NCBI GenBank assembly: GCA_963678315.1
Contig: OY782781.1
Span: 2,336,001-2,400,000, forward strand
DNA from: Candidatus Cloacimonadales bacterium
GTDB lineage: Bacteria; Cloacimonadota; Cloacimonadia; Cloacimonadales; JAFGVF01
Length of the DNA stretch: 64,000 bases
Direction: 5' to 3'
Below are positions 30,139 to 40,557 of the stretch, one piece after another (position 1 is the stretch's first letter; each line of letters begins with the position of its first letter). A program made the position numbers and the translations under genes. The notes beneath the pieces were generated by a model. The model saw only the letters and a list, made by a program, of their open reading frames with translations. It was not told the DNA's origin and did not search any database.

Positions 30139-31269
30139 ATGTACTTTAAATGCACTAATTGTGGCAAGACTTATGCTACAGAAAGAATAGAATATTTGTG
30201 TCCTGTATGCTCAAAAGATTGGCTTCCAGGCAAGCAAATGATTGGACAATTAGAGCTGTGTTATACAGACGAAGACTCAGAAAAAATAAAAGACGATTAT
30301 ACTATTGAAGACTTCTTCCCATTTGAAAGTAAAGATTATCTTGATATTCCTGTTGGTAATACTCCATTTTACAAATCAAAAAATTTAAGCAAAAAGTATA
30401 ATTTAGAAGTATTTATTAAGAACGATACAGTTAATCCTACAGCTTCCTATAAAGATAGGGCATCATATATTGTTGCAGCACAAGCAAAGCATTTTAATAT
30501 TAAGCAAATTGTTTGTGCGTCTACAGGTAATGCTGGGAGTTCTTTAGCTGGGATATGTGCTTCTGACAATTTAAGAGCAAAAGTATTTATTCCTGAAAGT
30601 GCACCATTAGGGAAAAGAGCTCAGAATATAGCTTATGATGCAGATTTAACTTTAGTAAACGGGAACTATGATTTAGCTTATCGAGAGTCTTATCAATATT
30701 CATTGAAAAACAAATGCATCAATAGAAATACAGGCTATAACCCATACACGATTGAAGGTAAGAAGACTTGTTCTTTAGAAATTATTCAGCAAAACAATAT
30801 GAAAGTGCCTGATTATGTTGTGGTTCCGGTTGGTGATGGCGTAATAATATCAGGAATTTACAAGGGATTTAAAGACCTTCTAGACCTAAATATTATCGAT
30901 AATCTACCCAAGATTATTGGGATACAAAGTGATAAATCTGATGCTATTTATCGCTATTGGAAAAGTGATACATACACTGTTCTAGAAAATTCAGATACAA
31001 TTGCAGATTCTATTAGTGTAAACAATCCAGCATGTGCTAATCTTGCTTTAAGAGCTATAAGAGAGTCTGATGGCTTTTTCATGTTGGTAAAAGATGAAAA
31101 TATTAAGAAGTTTCAAATAGAGTTTGCAAGCGAAACAGGTATTTTCTGTGAGCCGGCCTCTGCTGTATCAATGCAATTTTTAAAAGAGATTAAAGAATTA
31201 ACAGCTACAACTCAGATTGTCTTAATTATTACAGGGCATGGGTTAAAAGATTATAAATCAGTATTATAA
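30139..31269 (+). CDS. Threonine-synthase-like PLP-dependent enzyme (fold type II)
   Basis: N-terminal CTNC/CPVC, NPTASYKDR, ASTGNAG, VPVGDG, TGHGLK. Confidence 0.88.
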   Translation: MYFKCTNCGKTYATERIEYLCPVCSKDWLPGKQMIGQLELCYTDEDSEKIKDDYTIEDFFPFESKDYLDIPVGNTPFYKSKNLSKKYNLEVFIKNDTVNPTASYKDRASYIVAAQAKHFNIKQIVCASTGNAGSSLAGICASDNLRAKVFIPESAPLGKRAQNIAYDADLTLVNGNYDLAYRESYQYSLKNKCINRNTGYNPYTIEGKKTCSLEIIQQNNMKVPDYVVVPVGDGVIISGIYKGFKDLLDLNIIDNLPKIIGIQSDKSDAIYRYWKSDTYTVLENSDTIADSISVNNPACANLALRAIRESDGFFMLVKDENIKKFQIEFASETGIFCEPASAVSMQFLKEIKELTATTQIVLIITGHGLKDYKSVL

Positions 31270-31278
31270 TGAGGATAT

Positions 31279-32601
31279 ATGAAGTTATTAAAGAACTGTA
31301 GAATACTAAATAAGGATGAATTTCAAAATCTAGATATTTTGATTAAAGATGATACTATTGTTAAGGTTGGTGATATTGAAGCTAATTCTAATTATCAAGT
31401 AATTGATGCTGAATACAATTATGTATTACCAGGATTTCTTGATTTTCATGTTCATTTGGAAGATAAAATTAATGGTTTTAATATAAAAGATACTTATGAA
31501 TCTGGCACTAAAAATGCTTTATTGAATGGGATAACTACAATAATGAGTTTCATCACACAAGGAAAGAATGAGACACTTCATCAAGCGATAGATCGTGTAC
31601 ATTCTAAAGCCAAGAATAATCTATGGATTGATGTCGGATGGCATCTAACACCAACTAAATTTGATGAAAAAGCTTATGGTGAGATACAAGAAACAATTGA
31701 TGATGGAGCATGTTCATTCAAGTTCTACACTACCTACAAAGAAGCAGGTATATACTCAAATTATGATGAGATAGAGAGGTTTGCTAGAAGTTTCAGTAAA
31801 GATAATATATTAATGATGGTCCATTGTGAAGATGATGAATCTATAAAGGTTAAAGAATCTCAATTTAATAATGTAACTATTGATAATCTTGCTAAAGTTA
31901 GAACAAAAATCGTAGAAATGAAAGCTGTTAAAAGGATTATGAAAATTGCTAAAAGAACTAATAGCTTCTTTCATATTGCCCATGTTTCTTCCAAAGAAGC
32001 TGTTGATATAATAAATAACCTCAAATATAAAGATTTAGTAACATGCGAAACATGTCCTCAATATATTTATCTTGATAATTCAGTATATACTAGTATTGAC
32101 AAACATCAGTATTTATGTTACCCTCCATTAAGAGATAAAGCTAATAATATGTTCTTAGCTGACGATCTTAGATTTGGTAAGATATCGATTGTAGCTTCAG
32201 ATCATTGTCCATTCACTATTGAAGATAAAAATATTAACAAGAATTCAGTTTATAAAAGTCCGGGAGGACTTTTAGGATTAGATTATCTACCATACTTAGT
32301 ATCAAACATGGTCGATAGACATGAAGATAAAGTAAGATTCTTGAACTATAAGTTATGTGAGAATCCAGCAAGACTAGCTGGTTTATTCCCAGAAAAGGGA
32401 GTTATTGCAGAAGGTTCTCTCGCTGACCTAGTTGTTATTAACTTTGATGATGAACATGAACTAAGTAGCCGTGATGGAATCTTTAATCCATATAAAGGAA
32501 TAACTTCAAATTTAAATATTAAGAAAGTACTTAAAAGTGGAAAACTAGTTGTTGAGAATAACAAACTAGTATCCAACAAGCTAAATGGAGCAATATTGTA
32601 A
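31279..32601 (+). CDS. Cyclic amidohydrolase (dihydropyrimidinase/hydantoinase, HyuA-like)
   Basis: DFHVH, SFKFY, VHCED, IAHVS, ETCPQY, SDHCP. Confidence 0.88.
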   Translation: MKLLKNCRILNKDEFQNLDILIKDDTIVKVGDIEANSNYQVIDAEYNYVLPGFLDFHVHLEDKINGFNIKDTYESGTKNALLNGITTIMSFITQGKNETLHQAIDRVHSKAKNNLWIDVGWHLTPTKFDEKAYGEIQETIDDGACSFKFYTTYKEAGIYSNYDEIERFARSFSKDNILMMVHCEDDESIKVKESQFNNVTIDNLAKVRTKIVEMKAVKRIMKIAKRTNSFFHIAHVSSKEAVDIINNLKYKDLVTCETCPQYIYLDNSVYTSIDKHQYLCYPPLRDKANNMFLADDLRFGKISIVASDHCPFTIEDKNINKNSVYKSPGGLLGLDYLPYLVSNMVDRHEDKVRFLNYKLCENPARLAGLFPEKGVIAEGSLADLVVINFDDEHELSSRDGIFNPYKGITSNLNIKKVLKSGKLVVENNKLVSNKLNGAIL

Positions 32602-34847
32602 TGAGTTGGCGTAATGATGGAATAGCCAAAGTAACAGGAAAGGCAAAATATTCTGATGATATAAAACTTCTAAATATGCTACATTGCGTACCAGTATATA
32701 GCAAAGCTGTTCATGCAAAAATAAAAAAATTAGATTGTACGAATGCTATAATGTGCGATGGTGTAATAAAGGTCATAACTCACAAAGATATAATTGGTAA
32801 CAAGCTTTTTGGGCAAATCAGGAAAGATTATCCAATTCTAGCTTTTGATAAGATTAGATTTGAGGGAGATGTAGTAGCTCTTATCGTTGCAGAAACAAGA
32901 GAACAAGCTATTTTTGCTTCAAATTTCATAGAATTAGAGTTAGAGGAATATCCTAAAGTACTTTCAATAACTGATGCTAAAGAAGATAAGGTGCTTGTTC
33001 ATGAAGAATATGATACTAATCTTGTGTGTAAACATAAAATTAGAAAAGGTGATATTGATTGGGCACTTCAACAATGCGACCAGGTATTTGATTATAATTT
33101 CTCAACTAATCATTTTGAACATGCCTACCTTGAACCTGAGTCTGCTGTTTGTTCTTTACGTGATGATGGTGTTATGGAAATATATGGTTCTATGCAACAC
33201 CCATTTTCTACTAGAAGATTTGTAGCTTCAACTCTGGGATGTTCTCTTGCTGATGTTGAAGTAATTACAATACCTATGGGGGGAGGATTTGGAGGAAAGG
33301 ATGATACTGCTGCTATAGTTTGTGCTAGATGTGCATTGGCTTCTTACATAACTAAGAGACCTGTTAAACTAACTTATGATCGAGAATGGTCAATGAAAGA
33401 AAGCTATAAGCGACACCCTTATGAAATGACCTATAAGGTAGGAGTTAAGGATAATAGACTTTTTGCAGTTAAGTGCAATATTGATGCCGATGCTGGTGCA
33501 TATAATTCTGTTTCGAACTGGGTTACATGGAGATCTACTGTTCAGTGTTGTGGCACTTACGAAGTTCCTCATATCTATTGTGATGTGCAAGCTTATTATA
33601 CAAACAATGTTTTTACCGGGGCATTTAGAGGTTTTGGTTCTCCGCAAGTTAATTTTGCTATTGAGCAAATTGTTGATGATATTGCACAGAAATCTAACAT
33701 AAGTTCAATTGACTTTAGAAAGAGTAATTTCTTGAAACAAGGTTCCTATACTCCTTCTATGCAAAAGCTTGATAACCATAAGGTATCTATTACAGAAGTA
33801 TTTGATAAAGCTATTACAGAAAGTGAATATAAGAAGAAAATAAGTGACTGCAGTTATGGTAAAGCAAAAGATGGAAAATTATATGGAATTGGTTTAGCAT
33901 CTAGCTATAGAGGCTGTAGTTTAGGTGCAGAAGGAAAGGACTTCTGTTCTGCAATAATCAATGTACAATTCGACGGTTCTATACTCCTTGAAGTTGGAAT
34001 ACATGAAAATGGTCAAGGTTCTGAACAAGCTATGATTAATATTCTAGCTGATAATTTGGGAGTAAGCAAAGATAGAATAAGATATAGACGTTCCTCAACT
34101 TCACAAATTCCTGATGGAGGAACAACTGTAGCTTCTCGTGGAACACTTATGGGTGGTGGAGCTCTGATGAATGCTATTGATAAGTTAAAGCGAGTATTTG
34201 AAACAACACTTATTGATGAATATAAGCTGCAAACTGATACTGTATTTGAATACTCTAATGATAGCATAAAAGCTACTAATTCTTCTTTGTTACTAAGCTG
34301 GGAAGAATTAATACAGGTTCTATATAATAAATGTACTTACCCTTATGCATTTGGTTCTTTTAAAGCACCTGATGTCTCTTGGGATGAGGAAACAGGTCGA
34401 GGTAAAGCTTATTTTACTTATGTATACAGTAGCCAAGTTGCAGAACTTGAAATTGATATTAAGAGCAAGAAAATAGATGTTAAGAATATTTATGCTGTTC
34501 ATGATATTGGTAAAGCGATTAATAACGGTCTCTTATCTGGGCAAATCTATGGTGGTATAATGCAGGGATTGGGTATGGCCTTAAAAGAAAACATGGTTAT
34601 TGAAGATGGCTTCCTTAAAACCGATAATTACCACAATTATAGAATATATAGGTCGCATGAAACACCTAATATATACGATTTTGTGATAGAAAACGAAGAT
34701 TCCAATAGTCCGTCAGGAGCAAAAGGTATTGGAGAACCAGCTCTGGAAATTATAGCCCCAGCTGTGGCTAATGCTCTTTTTAGAGCTACTGGGAAAAGAT
34801 TCTATAATCTACCAATGATGCAGGAGGAAGTATGCAAACATTTATAA
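32601..34847 (+). CDS. Xanthine dehydrogenase family molybdopterin-binding subunit
   Basis: KVTGKAKY, EHAYLEPE, GGGFGGKDD, AFRGFGSPQ, GAKGIGEP. Confidence 0.93.
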   Translation: MSWRNDGIAKVTGKAKYSDDIKLLNMLHCVPVYSKAVHAKIKKLDCTNAIMCDGVIKVITHKDIIGNKLFGQIRKDYPILAFDKIRFEGDVVALIVAETREQAIFASNFIELELEEYPKVLSITDAKEDKVLVHEEYDTNLVCKHKIRKGDIDWALQQCDQVFDYNFSTNHFEHAYLEPESAVCSLRDDGVMEIYGSMQHPFSTRRFVASTLGCSLADVEVITIPMGGGFGGKDDTAAIVCARCALASYITKRPVKLTYDREWSMKESYKRHPYEMTYKVGVKDNRLFAVKCNIDADAGAYNSVSNWVTWRSTVQCCGTYEVPHIYCDVQAYYTNNVFTGAFRGFGSPQVNFAIEQIVDDIAQKSNISSIDFRKSNFLKQGSYTPSMQKLDNHKVSITEVFDKAITESEYKKKISDCSYGKAKDGKLYGIGLASSYRGCSLGAEGKDFCSAIINVQFDGSILLEVGIHENGQGSEQAMINILADNLGVSKDRIRYRRSSTSQIPDGGTTVASRGTLMGGGALMNAIDKLKRVFETTLIDEYKLQTDTVFEYSNDSIKATNSSLLLSWEELIQVLYNKCTYPYAFGSFKAPDVSWDEETGRGKAYFTYVYSSQVAELEIDIKSKKIDVKNIYAVHDIGKAINNGLLSGQIYGGIMQGLGMALKENMVIEDGFLKTDNYHNYRIYRSHETPNIYDFVIENEDSNSPSGAKGIGEPALEIIAPAVANALFRATGKRFYNLPMMQEEVCKHL

Positions 34848-35290
34848 ACAAAAAAGCAATAGATATTCCTCAAACACTACATTCAATGCAATTACTTAAG
34901 TTTCTTAGAGAAGAAATGAACCTAACAGGTGTTAAGAATGGTTGCAATAAAGGTGTTTGTGGAGCATGTACAGTACTTATCAATAATATAGCTAAAAGAT
35001 CCTGTATACTAAAAGTAGAAGATATTATTGGTAAAGATGTGATTACTATAGAAGGCCTATCTGAAGGTAATGAACTTCACCCATTACAAAAGTCTTTCTT
35101 AGATAATGATGCTGTTCAATGTGGCTTCTGTACACCAGGTATGATACTTACAGCTCATGCTTTACTTCTTTCAAACAATAATCCTAGTGAAAAAGAGGTA
35201 AAGGAAGCTCTAAAAAATAATCTATGTAGATGTACAGGATATGTACAAATTATTAAGTCTGTTCTAGATGCTAGAAAATTTTACAAGTAA
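34832..35290 (+). CDS. Xanthine dehydrogenase family 2x[2Fe-2S] subunit
   Basis: GCNKGVCGACTV, QCGFCTPG, NLCRCTGY. Confidence 0.94.
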   Translation: MQTFINKKAIDIPQTLHSMQLLKFLREEMNLTGVKNGCNKGVCGACTVLINNIAKRSCILKVEDIIGKDVITIEGLSEGNELHPLQKSFLDNDAVQCGFCTPGMILTAHALLLSNNNPSEKEVKEALKNNLCRCTGYVQIIKSVLDARKFYK

Positions 35291-35300
35291 GGAGTTAAAT

Positions 35301-36485
35301 ATGATTAATGTTGAAAATTTACTACAAACAATTAAAGAACTTAATTTTAATGACTATGGAAGTGATTTTCTTTTAACTAAAGATAAATCCATAGACAGTT
35401 TAAAAGCAACTATCTACACAACAGAGCTCCTGAAGTTTCTTCATAAAGATAAAAGAATGCTTAAAGTATTCGAATCAGGTCTAGGAATCTCTATCTTTAG
35501 AGATAATTCAACAAGAACTAGATTTAGCTTTTCATCAGCAATGAATGCACTTGGCTTAGCAGTTCAGGATTTAGATGAGGTCAAATCTCAAATAGCACAT
35601 GGAGAAACAGTCCGAGAAACTGCGAATATGATTTCTTTCTTAGCAGAAGTAATAGGCATTAGAGATGATATGTATCTTGGGGAAGGACATACCTACATGA
35701 AAGAAGTTTCTGAAGCTTTGGACTTAGGCTTCTCAGAGAATGTCCTTCATCAAAGACCTTCATTGATTAATTTGCAATGTGATATAGATCATCCGACACA
35801 AACTATGGCTGATATTTGCAAGCTTGAAGACTATTTCGGTGGGCTAGACAACTTAAGAGGTAAGAAGATTGCTATGACATGGGCATATTCACCAAGCTAT
35901 GGTAAGCCAATGTCTGTTCCTCAGGGTATCATTACTTTACTAAGCAGATTTGGGGTTGATATTACTTTAGCATATCCTCAAGGTTATGATCTACTTACAG
36001 AAGAAGTAGATTATGCCAAGAAAGAATCAATAAACAATAACTGTAATTTTACTGTAACTAATTCTATGAAAGAAGCTTTTGAAGATGCTGATATTGTTTA
36101 TCCTAAATCATGGGCGCCTATGCATGTTATGCAAGAAAGAACACAGCTCTTGTTAGAAAAGGATACTAATGGGCTAAAAGATCTAGAGGTTAAGTGTCTA
36201 GAAAACAATAAGAAACATATTGATTGGGAATGTAATAGGGAGTTAATGAACTTAACTAAAAATAAGAATGCTCTTTATATGCATTGTCTTCCAGCAGATA
36301 TCACAGATGTGAGCTGTTCACAAGGAGAGGTCTCTAAAGAGGTATTTGACCAATATAGAAGAGATACTTACCACGAAGCAAGCTTTAAGCCTTTTGTAAT
36401 CATGGCGATGTCTATTCTTACCCGATTCAAAGATCCAAAGATGATTTTGGATAAGTTAGTAAATAATACAAATAAAAGATATTAG
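35301..36485 (+). CDS. ygeW: Knotted carbamoyltransferase YgeW
   Basis: FRDNSTRTRFS, HGETVRET, NLQCDIDHPTQ, WAYSPSYGKP, HCLPADI. Start at ATG 35301 after AAGGAG. Confidence 0.92.
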   Translation: MINVENLLQTIKELNFNDYGSDFLLTKDKSIDSLKATIYTTELLKFLHKDKRMLKVFESGLGISIFRDNSTRTRFSFSSAMNALGLAVQDLDEVKSQIAHGETVRETANMISFLAEVIGIRDDMYLGEGHTYMKEVSEALDLGFSENVLHQRPSLINLQCDIDHPTQTMADICKLEDYFGGLDNLRGKKIAMTWAYSPSYGKPMSVPQGIITLLSRFGVDITLAYPQGYDLLTEEVDYAKKESINNNCNFTVTNSMKEAFEDADIVYPKSWAPMHVMQERTQLLLEKDTNGLKDLEVKCLENNKKHIDWECNRELMNLTKNKNALYMHCLPADITDVSCSQGEVSKEVFDQYRRDTYHEASFKPFVIMAMSILTRFKDPKMILDKLVNNTNKRY

Positions 36486-36493
36486 GAGTTTAT

Positions 36494-37972
36494 ATGAGAA
36501 ATTTAACTAAAGAACAAAATAAAGTTTTAGAGAATACAATAAATAGATGTAAAGAAAGAAATATTATTATTCCAACATACGCACAAATGAAAGATCCATC
36601 ATTAATTCCTGACAAAATTGTTGATGCTTTATCAAAGGTTGGTTTATGGGATGTAAATCCATTAAATCTATTCAGAATTACTTGGAAGAATGAACCAGTA
36701 AGTCATGGGGGCGGCTTTGGTGGCGTTAATTACTTAGTTATTCCTCCAGAGTTAAGTGGAGTTAAAGCTAAAATAGTTGTGTTACTAGGTAAATTCTTTC
36801 CAACAGGAGCCCATAAAGTTGGAGCAACCTTTGGACCTTTAGTAGAGAAGCTTGTAACTGGTCGCTTTGACCCTACCACGCAAAAGGCTCTCTGGCCTTC
36901 TACAGGAAATTATTGTAGAGGTGGTGCTTATAATTCTGCATTACTAGGTTGCGAATCTATAGCTGTTCTTCCTGAAGAGATGTCTCAAGAACGCTTTAGC
37001 TGGTTAAAAGAGATTGGAGCTGAGGTCTTTGCCACTCCTGGTTGTGAATCTAACGTGAAGGAAATATATGATAAAGCTAAAGAACTTCTACATGAAAGAG
37101 GTAATTCAATAGTTAATTTAAATCAGTTTGCTGAGATAGGTAATTCTCTTTGGCATTATGCAGTGACTGGCCCAGCTATGGAAGAAGTTTTCTCCGAATT
37201 GAAGGATAATAACAGTTCTTTTTCTGGATTGTTCCTAACTCAAGGTTCTGCTGGAACTTTAGGTTCAGGAGATTATCTAAGAGAAGAGCATCCTCAGATT
37301 AAAATAGCAGCAGGAGAAGCAACACAATGTCCAACCCTTCTTTATAATGGATATGGTGGACATAGAATTGAAGGTATTGGTGATAAGCATGTTCCATGGA
37401 TTCATAATATTAAAAATATGGATATGGCTATTGCTGTTGATGACAACCTCGTAATAGATGTAATGAGATTGTTTAATGAAGAGAATGGTAAAAAATATCT
37501 TGCTTCAAAGAATATTGATAATGAACTTATTGAAAAGCTACATTTACTTGGTATTTCTTCAATTGCAAATATCATTGGTTCTATTAAAATGGCAAAATAC
37601 TATGAAATGGATGAAAATGATTTCGTATTCACTGTAGCAACTGATTCTATGGAAATGTATGGAACAAGAGTTGATGAATATCAACATAAATTCGGTGATT
37701 ATTCTACAGAAAATGCTGCTAGAGATTTTGAAGGTAAACTTCTAAATGTTGGAATAGATTATACAATTGAAATGAATTATTATGATAAACGTAGAATGCA
37801 CAATCTTAAATATTTCACATGGATCGAACAGCAAGGTAAGACAGTTGAAGAGCTTAATGATCAGTGGTATAAGAAAGATTATTGGACAAGTCAATATTCC
37901 CAAGCAAAACTTTGGGATGAATACATAAACGAATTTAACGAAAGGACAGGCTTATTAAATGCCTACAAGTAG
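36494..37972 (+). CDS. PLP-dependent enzyme, cysteine-synthase/TrpB-like fold, long form
   Basis: FPTGAHKVGA (PLP lysine), PSTGNY, GSAGT, HRIEGIG. Confidence 0.85.
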   Translation: MRNLTKEQNKVLENTINRCKERNIIIPTYAQMKDPSLIPDKIVDALSKVGLWDVNPLNLFRITWKNEPVSHGGGFGGVNYLVIPPELSGVKAKIVVLLGKFFPTGAHKVGATFGPLVEKLVTGRFDPTTQKALWPSTGNYCRGGAYNSALLGCESIAVLPEEMSQERFSWLKEIGAEVFATPGCESNVKEIYDKAKELLHERGNSIVNLNQFAEIGNSLWHYAVTGPAMEEVFSELKDNNSSFSGLFLTQGSAGTLGSGDYLREEHPQIKIAAGEATQCPTLLYNGYGGHRIEGIGDKHVPWIHNIKNMDMAIAVDDNLVIDVMRLFNEENGKKYLASKNIDNELIEKLHLLGISSIANIIGSIKMAKYYEMDENDFVFTVATDSMEMYGTRVDEYQHKFGDYSTENAARDFEGKLLNVGIDYTIEMNYYDKRRMHNLKYFTWIEQQGKTVEELNDQWYKKDYWTSQYSQAKLWDEYINEFNERTGLLNAYK

Positions 37973-38513
37973 TTTAGGCCTTGTAATTTTGGCTGCCGGA
38001 TCAGGGAAAAGATTCGGTATGCCAAAAGCCTTGGCTATATATAACAATCAAACATTTTTAGATATTATTCTTGCAAAAGTAAGGAAGTTAAAAATTAACT
38101 ATGTCTCTGTAATTAATCAGGAAGTTAAAGACACTGTTAGCACGCAGAATCTTAATTATGTTTTAAATCAGCCGGAACAAGATATGTGTTCTTCTGTAAG
38201 ACTAGGACTCAAGTCATTGAATGAATGTTCTGGATGGATTGTATGGCCTGTGGACCATCCTTTTGTTGATATCTCTACTCTAGAAAGTATGATTGATAGC
38301 TTCGACTTTGAGTCTGTTCTAATTCCAAGCTATCACAAAAAAGCTGGTCATCCTATTTTACTTCCTACTACAATCAACAAATATATAGAAGTATGCAAGT
38401 CTCTGAAGGAAACATTAGCCTTTATGAAAGTCAGATACCTTGATGTGGGAGATAGACATATACTTACGAATATTAATTATAAAGAGGATATTCCTAATGA
38501 CAAACTACTATAG
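37959..38513 (+). CDS. mocA: Molybdenum cofactor cytidylyltransferase-like nucleotidyltransferase (MocA/YgfJ family)
   Basis: ILAAGSGKRFGMPK, PVDHP, GHP; lies in a molybdo-hydroxylase cluster. Confidence 0.8.
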   Translation: MPTSSLGLVILAAGSGKRFGMPKALAIYNNQTFLDIILAKVRKLKINYVSVINQEVKDTVSTQNLNYVLNQPEQDMCSSVRLGLKSLNECSGWIVWPVDHPFVDISTLESMIDSFDFESVLIPSYHKKAGHPILLPTTINKYIEVCKSLKETLAFMKVRYLDVGDRHILTNINYKEDIPNDKLL

Positions 38514-39267
38514 ACATCTACAAGAAGTTCTTGAAAATAAATTAGTAGCATGGTCGGTAACTCTTACGTCTGTTGAAGGCTCTTCTCCAGCGAGTATTGG
38601 CAGTAAAATGCTCATAATAGATGGCAATGATGAAGTCTATGGCACTATTGGTGGGGGTAGCTTAGAATATGACATTATTAAGTTTATAAAGAGTAATAGA
38701 CCTAAAACATTCTTAAAGAAGAAATATAGTTTAGACAATGATCAAGAACTTGGTATGATTTGTGGTGGGGCAATAGAAGTAATTATTGAAGCCATAAATG
38801 TTAAAGAGGGAATCAATATTTATGGTGCAGGGCATTGTTCTATTGCTTTAGCTGATATTTTATCTAAGTTAAACTTTGCTATCACAGTTTATGATGATAG
38901 AAAGGAGTATCTAGATACTGAAAAGTTCAACACTGAAACAAACCTAGTACATTGCAATTTTGATAGTTTACCTAAATCAGTTGCCGACTCTCTTTATCAT
39001 GTTGTTATGACCTATGGTCATAAGCATGACTATATCGTTACTGAGCAATTGGCAACTTTAAAATACAAATATCTAGGAGTTATGGGAAGTAAGTTAAAAG
39101 CTGTAGAACTCTTTGATGATTTGAAAAGAAAGTTTGATGTTGAAGATATAAGTAATATAAATTGCCCTATAGGAATAAAGATAGGTTCACATTCTCCCTA
39201 TGAAATAGCAGTTAGTATTGCAGCAGAAATTATTCAGATTTATAATAAGAAAAACAGCATTCAGTAG
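38497..39267 (+). CDS. xdhC: XdhC/CoxF-family molybdoenzyme maturation factor
   Basis: GSSP, GTIGGG, GMICGG, GAGH, YLGVMGS, PIG, PYEIAVSIAAE; likely start ATG 38497. Confidence 0.9.
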   Translation: MTNYYRHLQEVLENKLVAWSVTLTSVEGSSPASIGSKMLIIDGNDEVYGTIGGGSLEYDIIKFIKSNRPKTFLKKKYSLDNDQELGMICGGAIEVIIEAINVKEGINIYGAGHCSIALADILSKLNFAITVYDDRKEYLDTEKFNTETNLVHCNFDSLPKSVADSLYHVVMTYGHKHDYIVTEQLATLKYKYLGVMGSKLKAVELFDDLKRKFDVEDISNINCPIGIKIGSHSPYEIAVSIAAEIIQIYNKKNSIQ

Positions 39268-39305
39268 CTTATTTGCTTAGCGTTCACAGTCAATTGTTAC
39301 TCCTT

Positions 39306-39356
39306 CCTTACTGGTCTCCTTGAAAAAAGGCCGATTTTTCAAGGAGGCAAGTAAGG
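39306..39356. repeat. Palindromic REP-like element, copy 3
   Basis: CCTTACTGGTCTCCTTGAAAAAAGGCCGATTTTTCAAGGAGGCAAGTAAGG. Confidence 0.85.
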
Positions 39357-39429
39357 TTGCAGTGTTTTTATCAAAAATGTCTAAGGGTTTCACAAGATTG
39401 TACTGTTCGATTTGAAGCTTGTATTAGTT

Positions 39430-39472
39430 AAAAAATTAATGACCTGATACAACTCACGCCATATCAGGTCAT
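39430..39472 (-). terminator. Probable terminator for trxB
   Basis: ATGACCTGATA / TATCAGGTCAT 11-bp stem followed by T-rich sequence on the minus strand. Confidence 0.55.
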
Positions 39473-39504
39473 AATTTAACTAATTTTATAAATATATTTA
39501 GTTT

Positions 39505-40434
39505 CTATATTTCGTGTTCACTAATAAATTTCTCTGCATAGAAAGCTGCAATAGCACCGTCACTACTTGCAGTAATAACTTGTCTTAATGGAGTAACTCG
39601 TAAATCACCAATGGCAAAAACACCAGGAATGTTAGTTTCCATGATTTCGTTGGTAGGAACAAAACCTGAACCATCAAGAGTAATCTCTTCCCTTAACAAT
39701 TCATTATTAGGAATAATTCCAACATAAACGAAAACACCATCAACCGCTAAGTCTTTTGTTTCATTGCTTTTAACATTTTTTATATTAATATGGCTCACTA
39801 AGTTATCACCTTTAACTTCTTCTACAACACTATCCCAAATGAACTCCATCTTTTCATTTTTAAAAGCTCTGTCTTGAATTGATTTAACAGCTCTTAACTC
39901 ATCTCTTCGGTGAATAATATAAACTTTTTTAGCAAATCTAGTTAAGAACATCCCTTCTTCTACAGCTGAGTCTCCCCCACCTATAACAGCAACGACTTTA
40001 TCTCTGTATAAAGCACCATCACAAGTAGCACAATATGAAACCCCTTTACCTATGTAGTCTTCTTCTCCTGGACAACCAAGCTTACGAGGATGTGCACCAG
40101 TAGCAACGATTATAGTCTTTGCTTTGTATTCATCATCTTCAGTATAGATAGTTTTGAGACCATCTTTAGACTTAAAATCTACTTTAACAACTTCTTCTTC
40201 AATGAATTCAGGACCAAATTTATCTGCTTGTTGCTTGAACTTATCAGTGAGTTCAAAGCCACTCATTACTTCAGGGAAACCAGGATAGTTCTCAACCTCG
40301 AAAGTAATATTAATTTGACCACCTACAAGTGCTTTTTCAAATACAGCAGTTTTAAGGTTTCCTCTAGCTGCATATATTGCTGCACTAAGTCCTCCGACTC
40401 CACCCCCAATTATTATAACATCAAAAACCTTCAT
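39505..40434 (-). CDS. trxB: Thioredoxin-disulfide reductase
   Basis: GGGVGG, VENYPG, GVSYCATCDG, GGGDSA, HRRD; start ATG 40434 after AAGGAG. Confidence 0.96.
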   Translation of the reverse strand: MKVFDVIIIGGGVGGLSAAIYAARGNLKTAVFEKALVGGQINITFEVENYPGFPEVMSGFELTDKFKQQADKFGPEFIEEEVVKVDFKSKDGLKTIYTEDDEYKAKTIIVATGAHPRKLGCPGEEDYIGKGVSYCATCDGALYRDKVVAVIGGGDSAVEEGMFLTRFAKKVYIIHRRDELRAVKSIQDRAFKNEKMEFIWDSVVEEVKGDNLVSHINIKNVKSNETKDLAVDGVFVYVGIIPNNELLREEITLDGSGFVPTNEIMETNIPGVFAIGDLRVTPLRQVITASSDGAIAAFYAEKFISEHEI

Positions 40435-40508
40435 GTTAACTCCTTCGATAACTTTTGTTACTATTATAAACAATTTGCAATATTTAGCAAGAACTTTTAT
40501 CGATTGAT

Positions 40509-40538
40509 AAAAAAAAGGCCTGCATTTAATGCAAGCCT
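40509..40538 (-). terminator. Intrinsic terminator ending the right purine-catabolism operon
   Basis: Minus strand AGGCTTGCATT-A-AATGCAGGCCT followed by T run. Confidence 0.75.
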
Positions 40539-40557
40539 AATTGTTTATTTATTTATT

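Noticed and set aside
30139..31269. Assigning the symbol thrC (threonine biosynthesis)
   Set aside because: The fold matches, but the context is purine catabolism with no thrA/thrB, so the function is left open.
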